From NCBI GenBank assembly GCA_963580245.1, contig CAUZJO010000002.1, forward strand, positions 12,499 through 76,498: a stretch of 64,000 nucleotides of DNA. Reading direction: 5' to 3'. Shown here one piece after another: positions 1-9,030 of this stretch. The notes below the pieces were generated by a model. That model worked only from the letters and a program-made list of their open reading frames with translations, did not search any database and had not been told where the DNA came from. A program made the translations under genes and the position numbers. Origin of the DNA: Candidatus Sumerlaeia bacterium. GTDB taxonomy: Bacteria > Sumerlaeota > Sumerlaeia > MVZB01. Each line of letters opens with the position of its first letter. The first letter of the stretch is position 1.

Positions 1-805
1 CCTGGATTGAGATCGTGTCCGGTCCTCCCTCGCCCGGATCAATCGCCGGGGCTTCGTCGAGGGTCGTCACGACCACCCGGTCGAGCGCGAACGGACCATT
101 CGAGCCGCAGCAGCCGTTTCCGAGGAGCGCGATCGAGTATTCCGAACCGCCGGCCACGTCGTAGCTATTAAGGAAATCGACCGATGCCTGGGTCCGTTCA
201 AACCCATCGGCGAGCATCGTCGTCGGCATGGCCTGGATCCAACCCGCGCCCGCGTCGTAATACCATTCGAGGACGCCCGATTGACGCAGGACCAACCGCA
301 GGGCATAAGGGCCGCCCGCGCCCGGCGCCGTCGCGACGTCCGAAACGACGCCGTTTCCGCCGTTCCCGTCCGGGATTCCCGTGCCGGCAGAATTGGAGTA
401 CATCTTCATCGGCACGGCGGGATGGAACATCCATCCGCGATCGGCGCTGCCGTCTCCGCCAAAGGCCTCCACGCCCGTCCAGGTGATCGACGGACTGGAA
501 GGAACGCCGGAGAAGTACCAGTCCACCTGGTAATCCGCGGTTCCGTCGGCGGTGAATCGAAACGTCGATGTTATGCGCGGGCTCCCCCACGTCATGGAAG
601 CCACGTTAAACGTCGCGTTACCGTTACCGTCGTGTTTGGGCACATCCAACGCTCCGCCCTGATCAACTGTCCAGAGGCCTGAATCCAGGGGGGTTCCGAA
701 GTCCCCGTCAAAATTGTCCTCGAAGACGACTCTCTGGGCCATGGAGTGGGATGCGCAAGCGATCAGGGCACCCGCCAGTATCAAAGCCGTCGCGATTCGC
801 TTCAT
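1..805 (-). CDS. Secreted protein, N-terminal 268 codons (ConA/LamG-like fold suspected); 3' end runs off the window
   Basis: Absent from the ORF track because the frame stays open to position 1. The ATG at 805..803 has AGGAG 9 nt upstream. Translation begins MKRIATALILAGALIACASHSMAQRVVFEDNFDGDFGTPLDSGLWTVDQGG, which has a clear signal peptide. I found no stop when translating by hand. Confidence 0.55.
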   Translation of the reverse strand, partial: MKRIATALILAGALIACASHSMAQRVVFEDNFDGDFGTPLDSGLWTVDQGGALDVPKHDGNGNATFNVASMTWGSPRITSTFRFTADGTADYQVDWYFSGVPSSPSITWTGVEAFGGDGSADRGWMFHPAVPMKMYSNSAGTGIPDGNGGNGVVSDVATAPGAGGPYALRLVLRQSGVLEWYYDAGAGWIQAMPTTMLADGFERTQASVDFLNSYDVAGGSEYSIALLGNGCCGSNGPFALDRVVVTTLDEAPAIDPGEGGPDTISIQ

Positions 806-899
806 TTCGATTCGTCTCCTTTACAACTTGAATCCGAGCGAATGCATATCGCCTTGTGCGGCTTCTTCATTGGGAAGCGGGACCGAGAATCCGGATGGA

Positions 900-1220
900 T
901 CATGGATACTCGCGCCACTGGCGGGCGGGGCTGCCGGTCGGGACCCTGACCGGACCGGTGCGCAGGACTTCTCCGCGCCCGTTGAGCGTCGTCGTGGCGG
1001 CGTGCCAGTGGACATAGACCGTCGCCCGCTCGCCGCGGCCATTGGCGACCGAGGCCGTTCCCCCGGCGCGGTCCGAGGCGATCTCGACCAGTCGCTCACC
1101 CCGACCGTTCTGGTTCGCGGCGACCGCGGCGGCGGCGGCGATGGCCACGCAGAGGACCCAAACGAGCCCGGTCGCCCTGCTCTTGGAACCGATGACGGAA
1201 CCTCTCGGATTGATAAACAT
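900..1220 (-). CDS. Small exported or membrane-anchored protein (106 aa) with three NGRGE motifs
   Basis: Internal ATG of ORF 900..1421 with GAGGA 8 nt upstream. It has a hydrophobic N-terminus (LVWVLCVAIAAAAAVAA) followed by three NGRGE-containing segments. It lies 95 nt upstream of the next minus-strand gene. No family recognised. Confidence 0.4.
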   Translation of the reverse strand: MFINPRGSVIGSKSRATGLVWVLCVAIAAAAAVAANQNGRGERLVEIASDRAGGTASVANGRGERATVYVHWHAATTTLNGRGEVLRTGPVRVPTGSPARQWREYP

Positions 1221-1342
1221 ACACTTATCCTCGACATCTTCTGATTTCACTCTAGCAACAGTATATAGGATCGGGCGTTCAACGCCACCAATCAATTCTG
1301 GGGGAGGCTTGGGGGGTGCATCTCGCGGTTCCGTAAAATGCA

Positions 1343-1556
1343 CCCACGGGCGCGGGGAGCACCAATCAGTTTTCTGGCTCCCTGAAGGGAGAAATTTGAT
1401 TAGCCGTGGGTGGCAACCCACGGAAGTGGGGACCCCAGGACATCACGACCCTGGAGGGGTCGAACAGGACGTATCACGTTATGATTCAACCTTTTCAGGG
1501 TTGTCGCGATGATGGGACCGCGAGCCCTGGGTTGACACCCACGGTTTATGATTCGC
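1343..1556 (+). repeat. Family-B multi-hairpin intergenic repeat, copy 1 (about 215 bp)
   Basis: Aligns over its full length to the reverse complement of 53250..53478. It is a chain of short hairpins: ctccc-tgaa-gggag, ccgtgggt-ggca-acccacgg, gaccc-tgga-ggggtc, aacc-ttttc-agggtt and ccctgggt-tgac-acccacgg. Confidence 0.75.
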
Positions 1557-1569
1557 ATCCGGAGAAAAC

Positions 1570-4500
1570 TCAGGCTTCAGCACTTGCTTCCCCTTCACGG
1601 AGCCGAAGCGCCGCCGGTTCGACCTCTTCACGCTTCGGCATGGTTCCCGTCTTGAACCAACTGAACACTAATCGCGCGTCACTCAGGATCAGGAGCAGGC
1701 AGGGGATGAGGATCAGCGTCAGGAGCGAGGCGAAGGCGACGCCGAAAGCGATCGAGATCGCCATGGGGATCAGGAACTGGGCCTGCATGCTTTTCTCGAG
1801 GATAAGCGGCGCCAGGCCGAAGCTGGTGGTCAGCGTTGTCAGGACAATCGCCCGGAACCGCCTTGCGCCGCCCTCGCATAGCGCCTGAAACAGCGGGATA
1901 CCGCCCGCGACGCGTTCATTGATGCACACGATGAGCACGATTGCGTCGTTGACCACAATCCCCGACAGCGCCACCATTCCGAACATACTGAGCATCGTGA
2001 GGTCGAAGCCCATCACCATGTGCCCGAACGTGGCCCCGATCAGCCCGAACGGGATCGTGATCATGATCACGATGGGCTGGATGTAGGAGTGAAATATCGT
2101 GGCCAGAATCAGGAAAATCCCGAGCATGGCGATCGGGAACCCGACCTTCAGGCTGCCCAGCGATTTGGCGGTTTCCCGATTCTGACCCTCGATCGTGGCA
2201 TACATACCGGGGTAGTCGCGCGTCAGGTCGCCGAGAAACGTCGACTCCAGGTACGTCACGATCTCACGGGCGTTGGCCTGGGTGGTATCGACGTCGGCGA
2301 TGACGACGATCCGGCGTGAACCGTCCTGGCGATGGATCGTCGCATAACCTTGTTCAAGTGATACTTCAGCCACCGAGGCGAGCGGAACCTCGTCGCCCTC
2401 GCTCGTGCGAATCCGGATGCGTTCGACGTCGGCCAACGAGCGGCGCTCGTCGCGGGGATACCGGATCCAGACTTTGAGGTCGTCGCGCCCGCGCTGGAGG
2501 CGCAGCACCTCGTCGCCGTAAAACCCCTGGCGCAACTGACGTCCCAGGTCCTCGTCGTTCAGGCCGAGGTTACGCGCTTCGGGCTTGAGCCGGGTGCGCA
2601 GTTCCCGCTTGCCGGGGCGGAAATCGTCCTCGATCTGAAAGACGCCGGCGAAGGCGCCCAGCTTCGCCTTGAGGCGGCCGGAGGCCTCGCGCAGTTCATC
2701 CATGTTCTCGCCCTGTAACCATACCTCGATCGCCTTGCCTCCCGGTCCCGTTTGCGGCGTCTCATACTTGAGGTTGAGCGCGCCGGGGATACGGCCGACG
2801 TTTTCTTCCCACTCGCTGATAATCTTTTCGTAATAGATGTCGCGCCGTTCGGTGGGGAGCATCTCGACGAAGACGGCGCCGATGTTCGGACCCACCGCGC
2901 CGGCGAAGCCGATCCCCGAACCGATGATGGAATAGAGCGCCTCGACCATCGGTTCGCCCGATTTCGTTTCCGCCCCTTGCGCAACCTTACGCAGTCCATC
3001 CTCGATGCGCTGGATGGCGTCGCGAGTGACCTCGAACGGCGTGCCGTTCGGAAACTCGACCTGGGAGTAGACGAAATCGGTGTCCATCTTGGGGAAGATC
3101 TGGAACTTGACGAATCCCCCTTGATAGACGCCGAAGGAAATCAGCAGTATCGCGATCGCCCCCGCGAGCGTGACGTATCGCCAGTGGAGAATGTGGCGAA
3201 TGAAGGGGATGTAGATGCGTTCGACCACCCACTCCAGCGTGTGGCTGAGGTTATAGCACAGGCGCTTGAGCTTGTGCCTGAGGCCGTAGCCCTCACGGTC
3301 CGGCGCACCCTGATCAGGCAAATGCCGCAAATGGCACGGCAACATTACGAGGCTTTCGATCAGCGAAATCACGAGGGCCGCTATCACCGCGACCGGCAAC
3401 ACCCGGATGAACTTGCCCATGATCCCGCCGACAAACATCAACGGGATGAAGGCCACGATCGTCGTCATGACGGCCGCGAAGACGGGCAGGCCCACTTCGG
3501 TGGCACCGTCGATCGCCGCGCGGATCGCCGACTTGCCCTCGCGCCGATGGACGTAGATCGCCTCCCCAACCACGATGGCGTCATCCACGATGATGCCGAG
3601 GATCATGATCAGGGCGAACATGCTGATCATGTTGATCGTCTGGTCGGTCGTGCCCATCAGCGCCAGCGCGCCGGCCAGCGAAATCGGAATGCCCATCGAG
3701 CACCAGAAGGCCAATCTCAAATCCAAAAAGATCCAAAGAAGCAGAAAGACCAGCAGCAGCCCGATACGGCCATTGCGGATCAGCAGGTTGAGCCGGTCGT
3801 TGATGAACCTCGAGCTGTCGCTCCAGACTTGGAGCCGCGCCGATGGCCGGGCGACGCCTTCCTCGTCGATCAGCTGCGGGAATTTCTCGTTTCGCCCCTT
3901 AACGTATTCTCGGACTTCCTGGCTGATCGCCAGCGCGTCCTCTTCCTTGGTCTTGAACACGTTGATCAGGACCGATGCTTTCCCATTGAAGAAGCCGTAA
4001 ACCTCATCCTCCTCGAAGCCGTCGCGGATCGTCGCGACTTGCCCCAGGCGAATCGACGTGCCGTCCGCGCGGGCCAGCAGGACGATTTTGCCGTAATCCT
4101 CGCCCGTGTAGCGGCGGCCCATGGTGCGGATTTTGATCTGTTCACCCTTGCCCCGGACGGTTCCGCCCGGCCAGTTCTCGCTGGCCCGTCGCACCGCGCG
4201 GCTGACGTCGTCGAATGTCATGCCGTAACGCCGCAGCCGCTCCTCGGAGATTTCGATCGATATCTCATAACGCCGCACGCCCGCCAGACTGACCTGGGTG
4301 ACGCTGGGCAGCCGCAGCAGGTCTTCCTTGGTCTGCTCGGCCACCTCCTTGAGCTGGCGTTCGGTAAGGTCGCCGTACAGCGAAATAAGCAAGACCTGCC
4401 CGCGCGTGGTGAGTTCATTGATAATCGGGCGCTCGGCGCCGGCGGGGAACGTGACAATGGCGTTGATCTTGTCGGTCACGTCCTCCTTGAGCTTTTCGAT

Positions 4501-4803
4501 ATCGTAATTTGAATCGGCTTCGATCAGGGCGGAGCCCATGAACTCGGAGGCGGTCGTCTGATACTTCTTGATGCCCTCGATGCCCTCGATGGCGTCCTCC
4601 AACTTGAGGCAGATGCCTTCTTCGACCTCTTCGGGGCCGGCGCCCGGATACAGGACCTGGACCTGGACCGTATCGACCGAGAACTCGGGCAGCACCTCCC
4701 GGACCAGCATGAACGAAGCAATCACGCCCGACATGAGGATGATCATCAGGAGGATATTGACAAAGATGGGGTTACGCACCCCGATGGAAACAAATCGTTT
4801 CAT
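1570..4803 (-). CDS. RND efflux transporter permease (AcrB/AcrD/AcrF family)
   Basis: 1077-aa ORF with 12-TM RND architecture. Typical N-terminus MKRFVSIGVRNPIFVNILLMIILMSG and two large periplasmic loops. Its start overlaps the stop of the upstream MFP gene by 4 nt. Confidence 0.95.
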   Translation of the reverse strand: MKRFVSIGVRNPIFVNILLMIILMSGVIASFMLVREVLPEFSVDTVQVQVLYPGAGPEEVEEGICLKLEDAIEGIEGIKKYQTTASEFMGSALIEADSNYDIEKLKEDVTDKINAIVTFPAGAERPIINELTTRGQVLLISLYGDLTERQLKEVAEQTKEDLLRLPSVTQVSLAGVRRYEISIEISEERLRRYGMTFDDVSRAVRRASENWPGGTVRGKGEQIKIRTMGRRYTGEDYGKIVLLARADGTSIRLGQVATIRDGFEEDEVYGFFNGKASVLINVFKTKEEDALAISQEVREYVKGRNEKFPQLIDEEGVARPSARLQVWSDSSRFINDRLNLLIRNGRIGLLLVFLLLWIFLDLRLAFWCSMGIPISLAGALALMGTTDQTINMISMFALIMILGIIVDDAIVVGEAIYVHRREGKSAIRAAIDGATEVGLPVFAAVMTTIVAFIPLMFVGGIMGKFIRVLPVAVIAALVISLIESLVMLPCHLRHLPDQGAPDREGYGLRHKLKRLCYNLSHTLEWVVERIYIPFIRHILHWRYVTLAGAIAILLISFGVYQGGFVKFQIFPKMDTDFVYSQVEFPNGTPFEVTRDAIQRIEDGLRKVAQGAETKSGEPMVEALYSIIGSGIGFAGAVGPNIGAVFVEMLPTERRDIYYEKIISEWEENVGRIPGALNLKYETPQTGPGGKAIEVWLQGENMDELREASGRLKAKLGAFAGVFQIEDDFRPGKRELRTRLKPEARNLGLNDEDLGRQLRQGFYGDEVLRLQRGRDDLKVWIRYPRDERRSLADVERIRIRTSEGDEVPLASVAEVSLEQGYATIHRQDGSRRIVVIADVDTTQANAREIVTYLESTFLGDLTRDYPGMYATIEGQNRETAKSLGSLKVGFPIAMLGIFLILATIFHSYIQPIVIMITIPFGLIGATFGHMVMGFDLTMLSMFGMVALSGIVVNDAIVLIVCINERVAGGIPLFQALCEGGARRFRAIVLTTLTTSFGLAPLILEKSMQAQFLIPMAISIAFGVAFASLLTLILIPCLLLILSDARLVFSWFKTGTMPKREEVEPAALRLREGEASAEA

Positions 4804-6194
4804 GGAACGGGCTCGATTTCAGGTCTGGGCGCGTCGAGTTTCAATGAATTGCTCGTCGGATCGGCGGCGATCCGCGGCTGGGGGTTGATCAGCGATACGT
4901 CGGCCAATGTCCCGTCCAACACAACACCGGGTTGTTTGGTGAGGACGACGTCGCCGGGCGACAAACCGGCGTCGATGAGGACGGACTCGCCTTCATAGCG
5001 CGCGATGCGGACGCCCCGCGAGTGAACGCGTTCGGTATTGACCACGAGCACGTTGCCGTCGGGCCCCACCGCCGAACGCGGCAAGCGATAGACGCCTTCG
5101 ATCGTCCGGCCGGGGATCTCGACTTCACAGAACATGCCCTCGACCAACGGGAATACCTGGGCGCCCGGATCGTCGGCCACCGCGATCGGCTCATCGACCT
5201 CGACGACCAGATTGAGCGTGCGCGTTTTTGGATCGAAACGCTCGACGCGGCTCAGCCGACCCCGCCAGTGGACCAGCTCCGGTTGTTCGGTCCAGCGGAT
5301 CTTGACGGGCAGGCCGCTCGTTTCGCGAAACCAATTCTTGATGTCTCCGGCCGGGGCGATATCCAGCCAGCGCGCGGCCTCTCCGCCCTCGATCGGAACC
5401 ATGATCTCCAGCACCGTATCGTCGATCAGGATCAACAACGGTTCCATGCCCGGCCGGACGATCTGTCCCGGTTCGAGGTTCTCGCGGTCGATGCGGCCGG
5501 TGAACGGGGCGTGGACCTTTGTGTCTTCGAGGTTTAGCTCGGCTTGTTCAAGTTGCGCGAGAGAGCTTTGGAGCCCGGCCTCGAGTTCCAAGATGCGGAC
5601 CGGGTAAAGGCTAATCGTATTCTCGAGCATCACCACTTGTTCCTCGTAGCGATTCATTTCCTGCTCGACGTCCTCCAGGCGCGACTGCGACTCCACTTTT
5701 TCCTCTTCGGCCAGGCGTTTGAATCGCTCGTACTCGCTTTGCTCCAAATCACGCGAACGGCTGATCACCTTGAGCCGGCGTTGGTCATTTTTTTCCGTCT
5801 GACGCAGATTCTCTATCTGGGCCTCGAACGCCTTGACCTGCGCGCGCCATTGGTCCACCGCGGCCTGATATTTCCGCGGGTCGACTTCGAAGAGCAATTC
5901 GCTTTCCATGACGCGCAGGCCGTCCTCGACCCGCGGGTTCAAATAGCGGATGCGCCCGCTGACTTCGGGGGTGATCTCGACCCTCCGTCGCGCCTCGGCC
6001 GTCCCCAGACCGGTCAGCATCGCCTGAACCGTCCGGGGCTGGACCTTGATCGCCTCGGCGGTGATGCGCAGCTCCCCCTGCTCCTTCTGGGCCGGAGGTT
6101 TCTTGAACTTCTTGAGCATGAGCATCCCGGCCACGCCCAGCCCCAGAACCAGCGCAATGATGCCCACACGGAGGATGACAAAAGGACCACGCAT
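4800..6194 (-). CDS. RND efflux periplasmic adaptor (membrane fusion protein, HlyD family)
   Basis: 464-aa ORF with an N-terminal TM anchor, a long coiled-coil segment (QAAVDQWRAQVKAFEAQIENLRQ...) and beta-barrel domains. Translationally coupled to the RND permease. Confidence 0.9.
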   Translation of the reverse strand: MRGPFVILRVGIIALVLGLGVAGMLMLKKFKKPPAQKEQGELRITAEAIKVQPRTVQAMLTGLGTAEARRRVEITPEVSGRIRYLNPRVEDGLRVMESELLFEVDPRKYQAAVDQWRAQVKAFEAQIENLRQTEKNDQRRLKVISRSRDLEQSEYERFKRLAEEEKVESQSRLEDVEQEMNRYEEQVVMLENTISLYPVRILELEAGLQSSLAQLEQAELNLEDTKVHAPFTGRIDRENLEPGQIVRPGMEPLLILIDDTVLEIMVPIEGGEAARWLDIAPAGDIKNWFRETSGLPVKIRWTEQPELVHWRGRLSRVERFDPKTRTLNLVVEVDEPIAVADDPGAQVFPLVEGMFCEVEIPGRTIEGVYRLPRSAVGPDGNVLVVNTERVHSRGVRIARYEGESVLIDAGLSPGDVVLTKQPGVVLDGTLADVSLINPQPRIAADPTSNSLKLDAPRPEIEPVP

Positions 6195-6218
6195 CAGATT
6201 TAGCTTTCCTGAAAACCT

Positions 6219-6749
6219 TTATTCCCGACCGGGATGATGAAAGTGTTCGTCGTAGACCCTGCCCAACTGGTCAAAGGCGTCCGCCCACATCTGAGCATGT
6301 TTGGGGCCAATCTGTTCCCTCAGCGCGTCGAGCCGTTTATAGATCATCGCCTCGTGGCGCTCCACCCCGACGATGGCACGCCGCGTCAGACTGACCTGGA
6401 TGCGGCGCCGGTCGCGCGGGTCGCTGCGCCGGTCGACCAGTTCGAGTTCCACGAGCCGTTCGATCATCTCTGAAGCCGACGCCGGCGAGATGCCCAACGC
6501 CTCGGCCAGTTGCTTGAGCGTGCAGGGACCGATGTGCCGCAGGGTCATCATCATCTTGAACTGCGGGAACGAAACGTTATGCGGGAGGCCCTTCCAGGCG
6601 CGGCTGGGGTCGAATTCCTTGTGCAGGAAGACCATCGTGCGGATCAGATTGTGATAAATCTCGGCCGCGGCGGGCACCGTCGCTCCCACGGGCTTCTGGG
6701 CTGGAGACTTACCCATCGCACTCTCGAAAGGACTTGAAGGATAGAGCAT
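6219..6749 (-). CDS. MarR family transcriptional regulator
   Basis: Winged-helix core LTLRHIGPCTLKQLAEALGISPASASEMIERLVELELVDRRSDPRDRRRIQVSLT. First gene of the efflux operon. I chose the start at ATG 6749 (GGAAGG 7 nt upstream); the ORF is open to 6806. Confidence 0.85.
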   Translation of the reverse strand: MLYPSSPFESAMGKSPAQKPVGATVPAAAEIYHNLIRTMVFLHKEFDPSRAWKGLPHNVSFPQFKMMMTLRHIGPCTLKQLAEALGISPASASEMIERLVELELVDRRSDPRDRRRIQVSLTRRAIVGVERHEAMIYKRLDALREQIGPKHAQMWADAFDQLGRVYDEHFHHPGRE

Positions 6750-7012
6750 GAGGACCTTCCCGGAAGCCCGGTCCTCGCCGAGCCGTCCGGTTTTCTCGAT
6801 CCCCACGATCTCAGTTTATATGGGTTCCAAATTATTTGTCAACCGATTATTTTGGGATTCTGAATATCAGGAACACGAACTAAATGGACCACCGCGCATC
6901 CCAAAACGTTCAACAGCGGGGGCATCTTGCGAATTCGCGAGACCCACCCTTCAACGGTGCATCCAAGGGATTTGGCCTTGTCGGCTGGACGCCGCGGTGA
7001 TAAAGTGAAGCA

Positions 7013-8461
7013 GTGAGCCGTTATCGATTTACCAAAGCCCTCCTCATCAACCCGCCCACCGGACTTTATCGGCGTGACGACCGCTGCCAGTGCAAGATCG
7101 AGGACCAAACCGTCCAGATCATTTTCCCGCCGGTCGAGCTGGCGACCCTGGGGGCGGTACTCAAGCGCGCGGGCGCCCAGGTTTGGCTGCGGGATTATCC
7201 CGCGATGCGGGGGACGTGGGACCAGTACGTGGCCGACCTGCGCGAGCTCCAGCCCGATATGGTGCTGGTCAACGTCGTTACCGCCACGATCCAAAAAGAT
7301 TTCGACGCCCTGCGCGCCGCGAAGGACACGCTGGGCGCCGACAGCGTCATGACGCTGGCCAAGGGCGAATACATGGAGGCGCTGGGCGAGAACGCGCTGG
7401 CCGACCGACCCGAGGTCGACTTCGGCTTTCACGGCGAGATCGAGGAGGTTCTGGAACGGTTCCATCAAGGCGCGCCCCTCGAGGAGTTGGGCGGTGTGGT
7501 GTGGCGCAGGCCCTCGGCCAACGGCGTCGCGCCCGAGATCGTCCGCAACCCGGGTCACCCGCTCGTCGAGGACCTCGAAGCGCTTCCCTACCCCGCGCGC
7601 GAGTTGCTCGACAATCAGATCTACCGCAGCCCCGAGACCGGGAACCCGCTCACGGTGATCCACGGCAACCGCGGCTGCCCCGCCAAGTGCATCTTCTGCC
7701 CCGCCGGCAGCATGTCGGGCTACCGGATCCGTTACCGCTCGCCCGCCAACATCGTCGAGGAGATTGAGGATTGTGTGAACAACCGCGACATCCGCGAGTT
7801 CCTCTTCCACGGCGACACGTTTACGATCAACAAGAAGTGGCTGATGGATCTATGCGACCGGATCATCGAGTCGGGCCTGAAAGTGCGTTGGGGCTGCAAC
7901 AGCCGCGTCGATACGATCGACGACGAACGCGCCGCCAAGATGCGCGAGGCCGGGTGTTGGGTCGTCGCGTTCGGGATCGAGACGGGAAGCCAGGAATTGC
8001 TCGACAAGATGAAGAAGGGCCAGAAGGTCGAGCGCGCGGAGAAAGCGGTCGCGATCTGTAAGCGCAACGGTCTGCGCTCCCACGCATTTTTCGTCATCGG
8101 CATGCCTTGGGAGACGCGCGAGACGCTCGACGAGACCTACCGCTTCGCGCGCAAGCTCGACACCGACTTTTTCGATTTCAACATCGCCTACCCGCTGCCG
8201 GGGACCGAACTCTACGAGATCGCGGTCCGCGACGGCCTTTTCGAGCATGACCCCGGCCAGACCGGCTACGCCAACGCCGCCCTGCGCACCTACGCGCTCT
8301 CGAGCCGCGACCTGACCGATTGGCGCCGCAAATCCCTCCTCTCGATGTACCTCCGCCCCCACTACATCGCCCGCATGCTCTACCGAGCCGGCTCCCCGCG
8401 CATCGCCCTCAACTACGCCAGGGCGGGAGCGCGGCGGCTGCGGCAGCTTGTGGTCGGGTGA
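7013..8461 (+). CDS. B12-binding domain radical SAM protein
   Basis: 482-aa ORF with a GTG start. The N-terminal cobalamin-binding-type region begins LLINPPTGLYRRDDRCQ, and the radical SAM cluster motif is CPAKCIFCPAG (CxxxCxxC). Divergent from the MarR operon. Confidence 0.9.
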   Translation: MSRYRFTKALLINPPTGLYRRDDRCQCKIEDQTVQIIFPPVELATLGAVLKRAGAQVWLRDYPAMRGTWDQYVADLRELQPDMVLVNVVTATIQKDFDALRAAKDTLGADSVMTLAKGEYMEALGENALADRPEVDFGFHGEIEEVLERFHQGAPLEELGGVVWRRPSANGVAPEIVRNPGHPLVEDLEALPYPARELLDNQIYRSPETGNPLTVIHGNRGCPAKCIFCPAGSMSGYRIRYRSPANIVEEIEDCVNNRDIREFLFHGDTFTINKKWLMDLCDRIIESGLKVRWGCNSRVDTIDDERAAKMREAGCWVVAFGIETGSQELLDKMKKGQKVERAEKAVAICKRNGLRSHAFFVIGMPWETRETLDETYRFARKLDTDFFDFNIAYPLPGTELYEIAVRDGLFEHDPGQTGYANAALRTYALSSRDLTDWRRKSLLSMYLRPHYIARMLYRAGSPRIALNYARAGARRLRQLVVG

Positions 8462-8526
8462 GAACCAAGAAAAACGGATTAGGCAGATCGTCTTTCACAG
8501 ATAATCACGAAAACCATTTCCCGCTC

Positions 8527-8766
8527 TCAAATGCTTAACCGTATCTCTTCTTTCTGGCCACTGGCTTCGTTCGTGACCGTCAGGACGCCTTGTGCGCCAC
8601 CCGCGAGTTGTTCATTGGCATTAAGAAGTTCAATACCGTAAATCGTCCCATCAGGGCTGAGATCGATATTCATTTCATCACTGATCCGTACCGTTTCGAC
8701 CTCACTTTGGGCCTCGCGCAGACGGATGTATCCGATATTTTGATTAGGGTCGTAAGTGATTTGAAT
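8527..8766 (-). CDS. DUF2283 family protein (antitoxin-like partner of DUF4258); no canonical start codon
   Basis: Found by hand translation: IQITYDPNQNIGYIRLREAQSEVETVRISDEMNIDLSPDGTIYGIELLNANEQL..., which matches the DUF2283 pattern. The frame opens right after a TGA. The first sense codons are GAT ATT, and GAGGAG sits 8 nt upstream of the ATT. The only in-frame ATG would remove the conserved N-terminal strand. Confidence 0.6.
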   Translation of the reverse strand: MQITYDPNQNIGYIRLREAQSEVETVRISDEMNIDLSPDGTIYGIELLNANEQLAGGAQGVLTVTNEASGQKEEIRLSI

Positions 8767-8811
8767 ATCTCAGACTCCTCAGAAGTATTTGGCGATAACC
8801 GTTATGACAAT

Positions 8812-9030
8812 CTAGTCTCCGCCCTCGCGTGCGGCGTAGACCTCGATCTGTTTGGTCCGAAAATTCCGACCGCGCCACGGTTGGTGACAAGGGAAGTTGC
8901 GCCGGAATCCCATCCGCCCATATTTTTCCGTAAACGACTCTCCTTGTTCAACCGTCGCGATTACTTCCGCCTCCGTCGCGCCCCGCTCGATCAGCCGGTC
9001 ACGGGCATGTGGGTGGAGCCGAATCTTCAA
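8812..9030 (-). CDS. DUF4258 domain protein (toxin-like)
   Basis: 72-aa ORF with a TTG start. MKIRLHPHARDRLIERGATEAEVIATVEQGE matches the DUF4258 N-terminal signature. It sits 45 nt upstream of the DUF2283 ORF. Confidence 0.8.
   Translation of the reverse strand: MKIRLHPHARDRLIERGATEAEVIATVEQGESFTEKYGRMGFRRNFPCHQPWRGRNFRTKQIEVYAAREGGD

Noticed and set aside
2752-4512. Very long ORFs antisense to recognised genes: 2752..4512 (+, 586 aa) opposite the RND pump, 24791..26476 (+, 561 aa) opposite actC/D/E, 43740..45230 (-, 496 aa) opposite rny and its downstream gene, 31204..32142 (-) opposite asd, and 13493..14464 (-) opposite tkt.
   Set aside because: Their translations are Arg/Asp/His/Gly/Pro-rich low-complexity strings with no recognisable motifs. 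They lie fully inside genes with strong family signatures. Stop-free antisense frames are expected in 60%-GC DNA.
6820-7008. 62-aa Cys-containing ORF ending 4 nt before the radical SAM start, considered as a possible RiPP precursor.
   Set aside because: It has no Shine-Dalgarno sequence. Third-codon-position GC is about 48% by hand count, which looks low against the visibly GC-rich codon usage of the neighbouring genes. It sits in the AT-rich divergent promoter region and has no leader/core-like pattern. I kept it only as a note.
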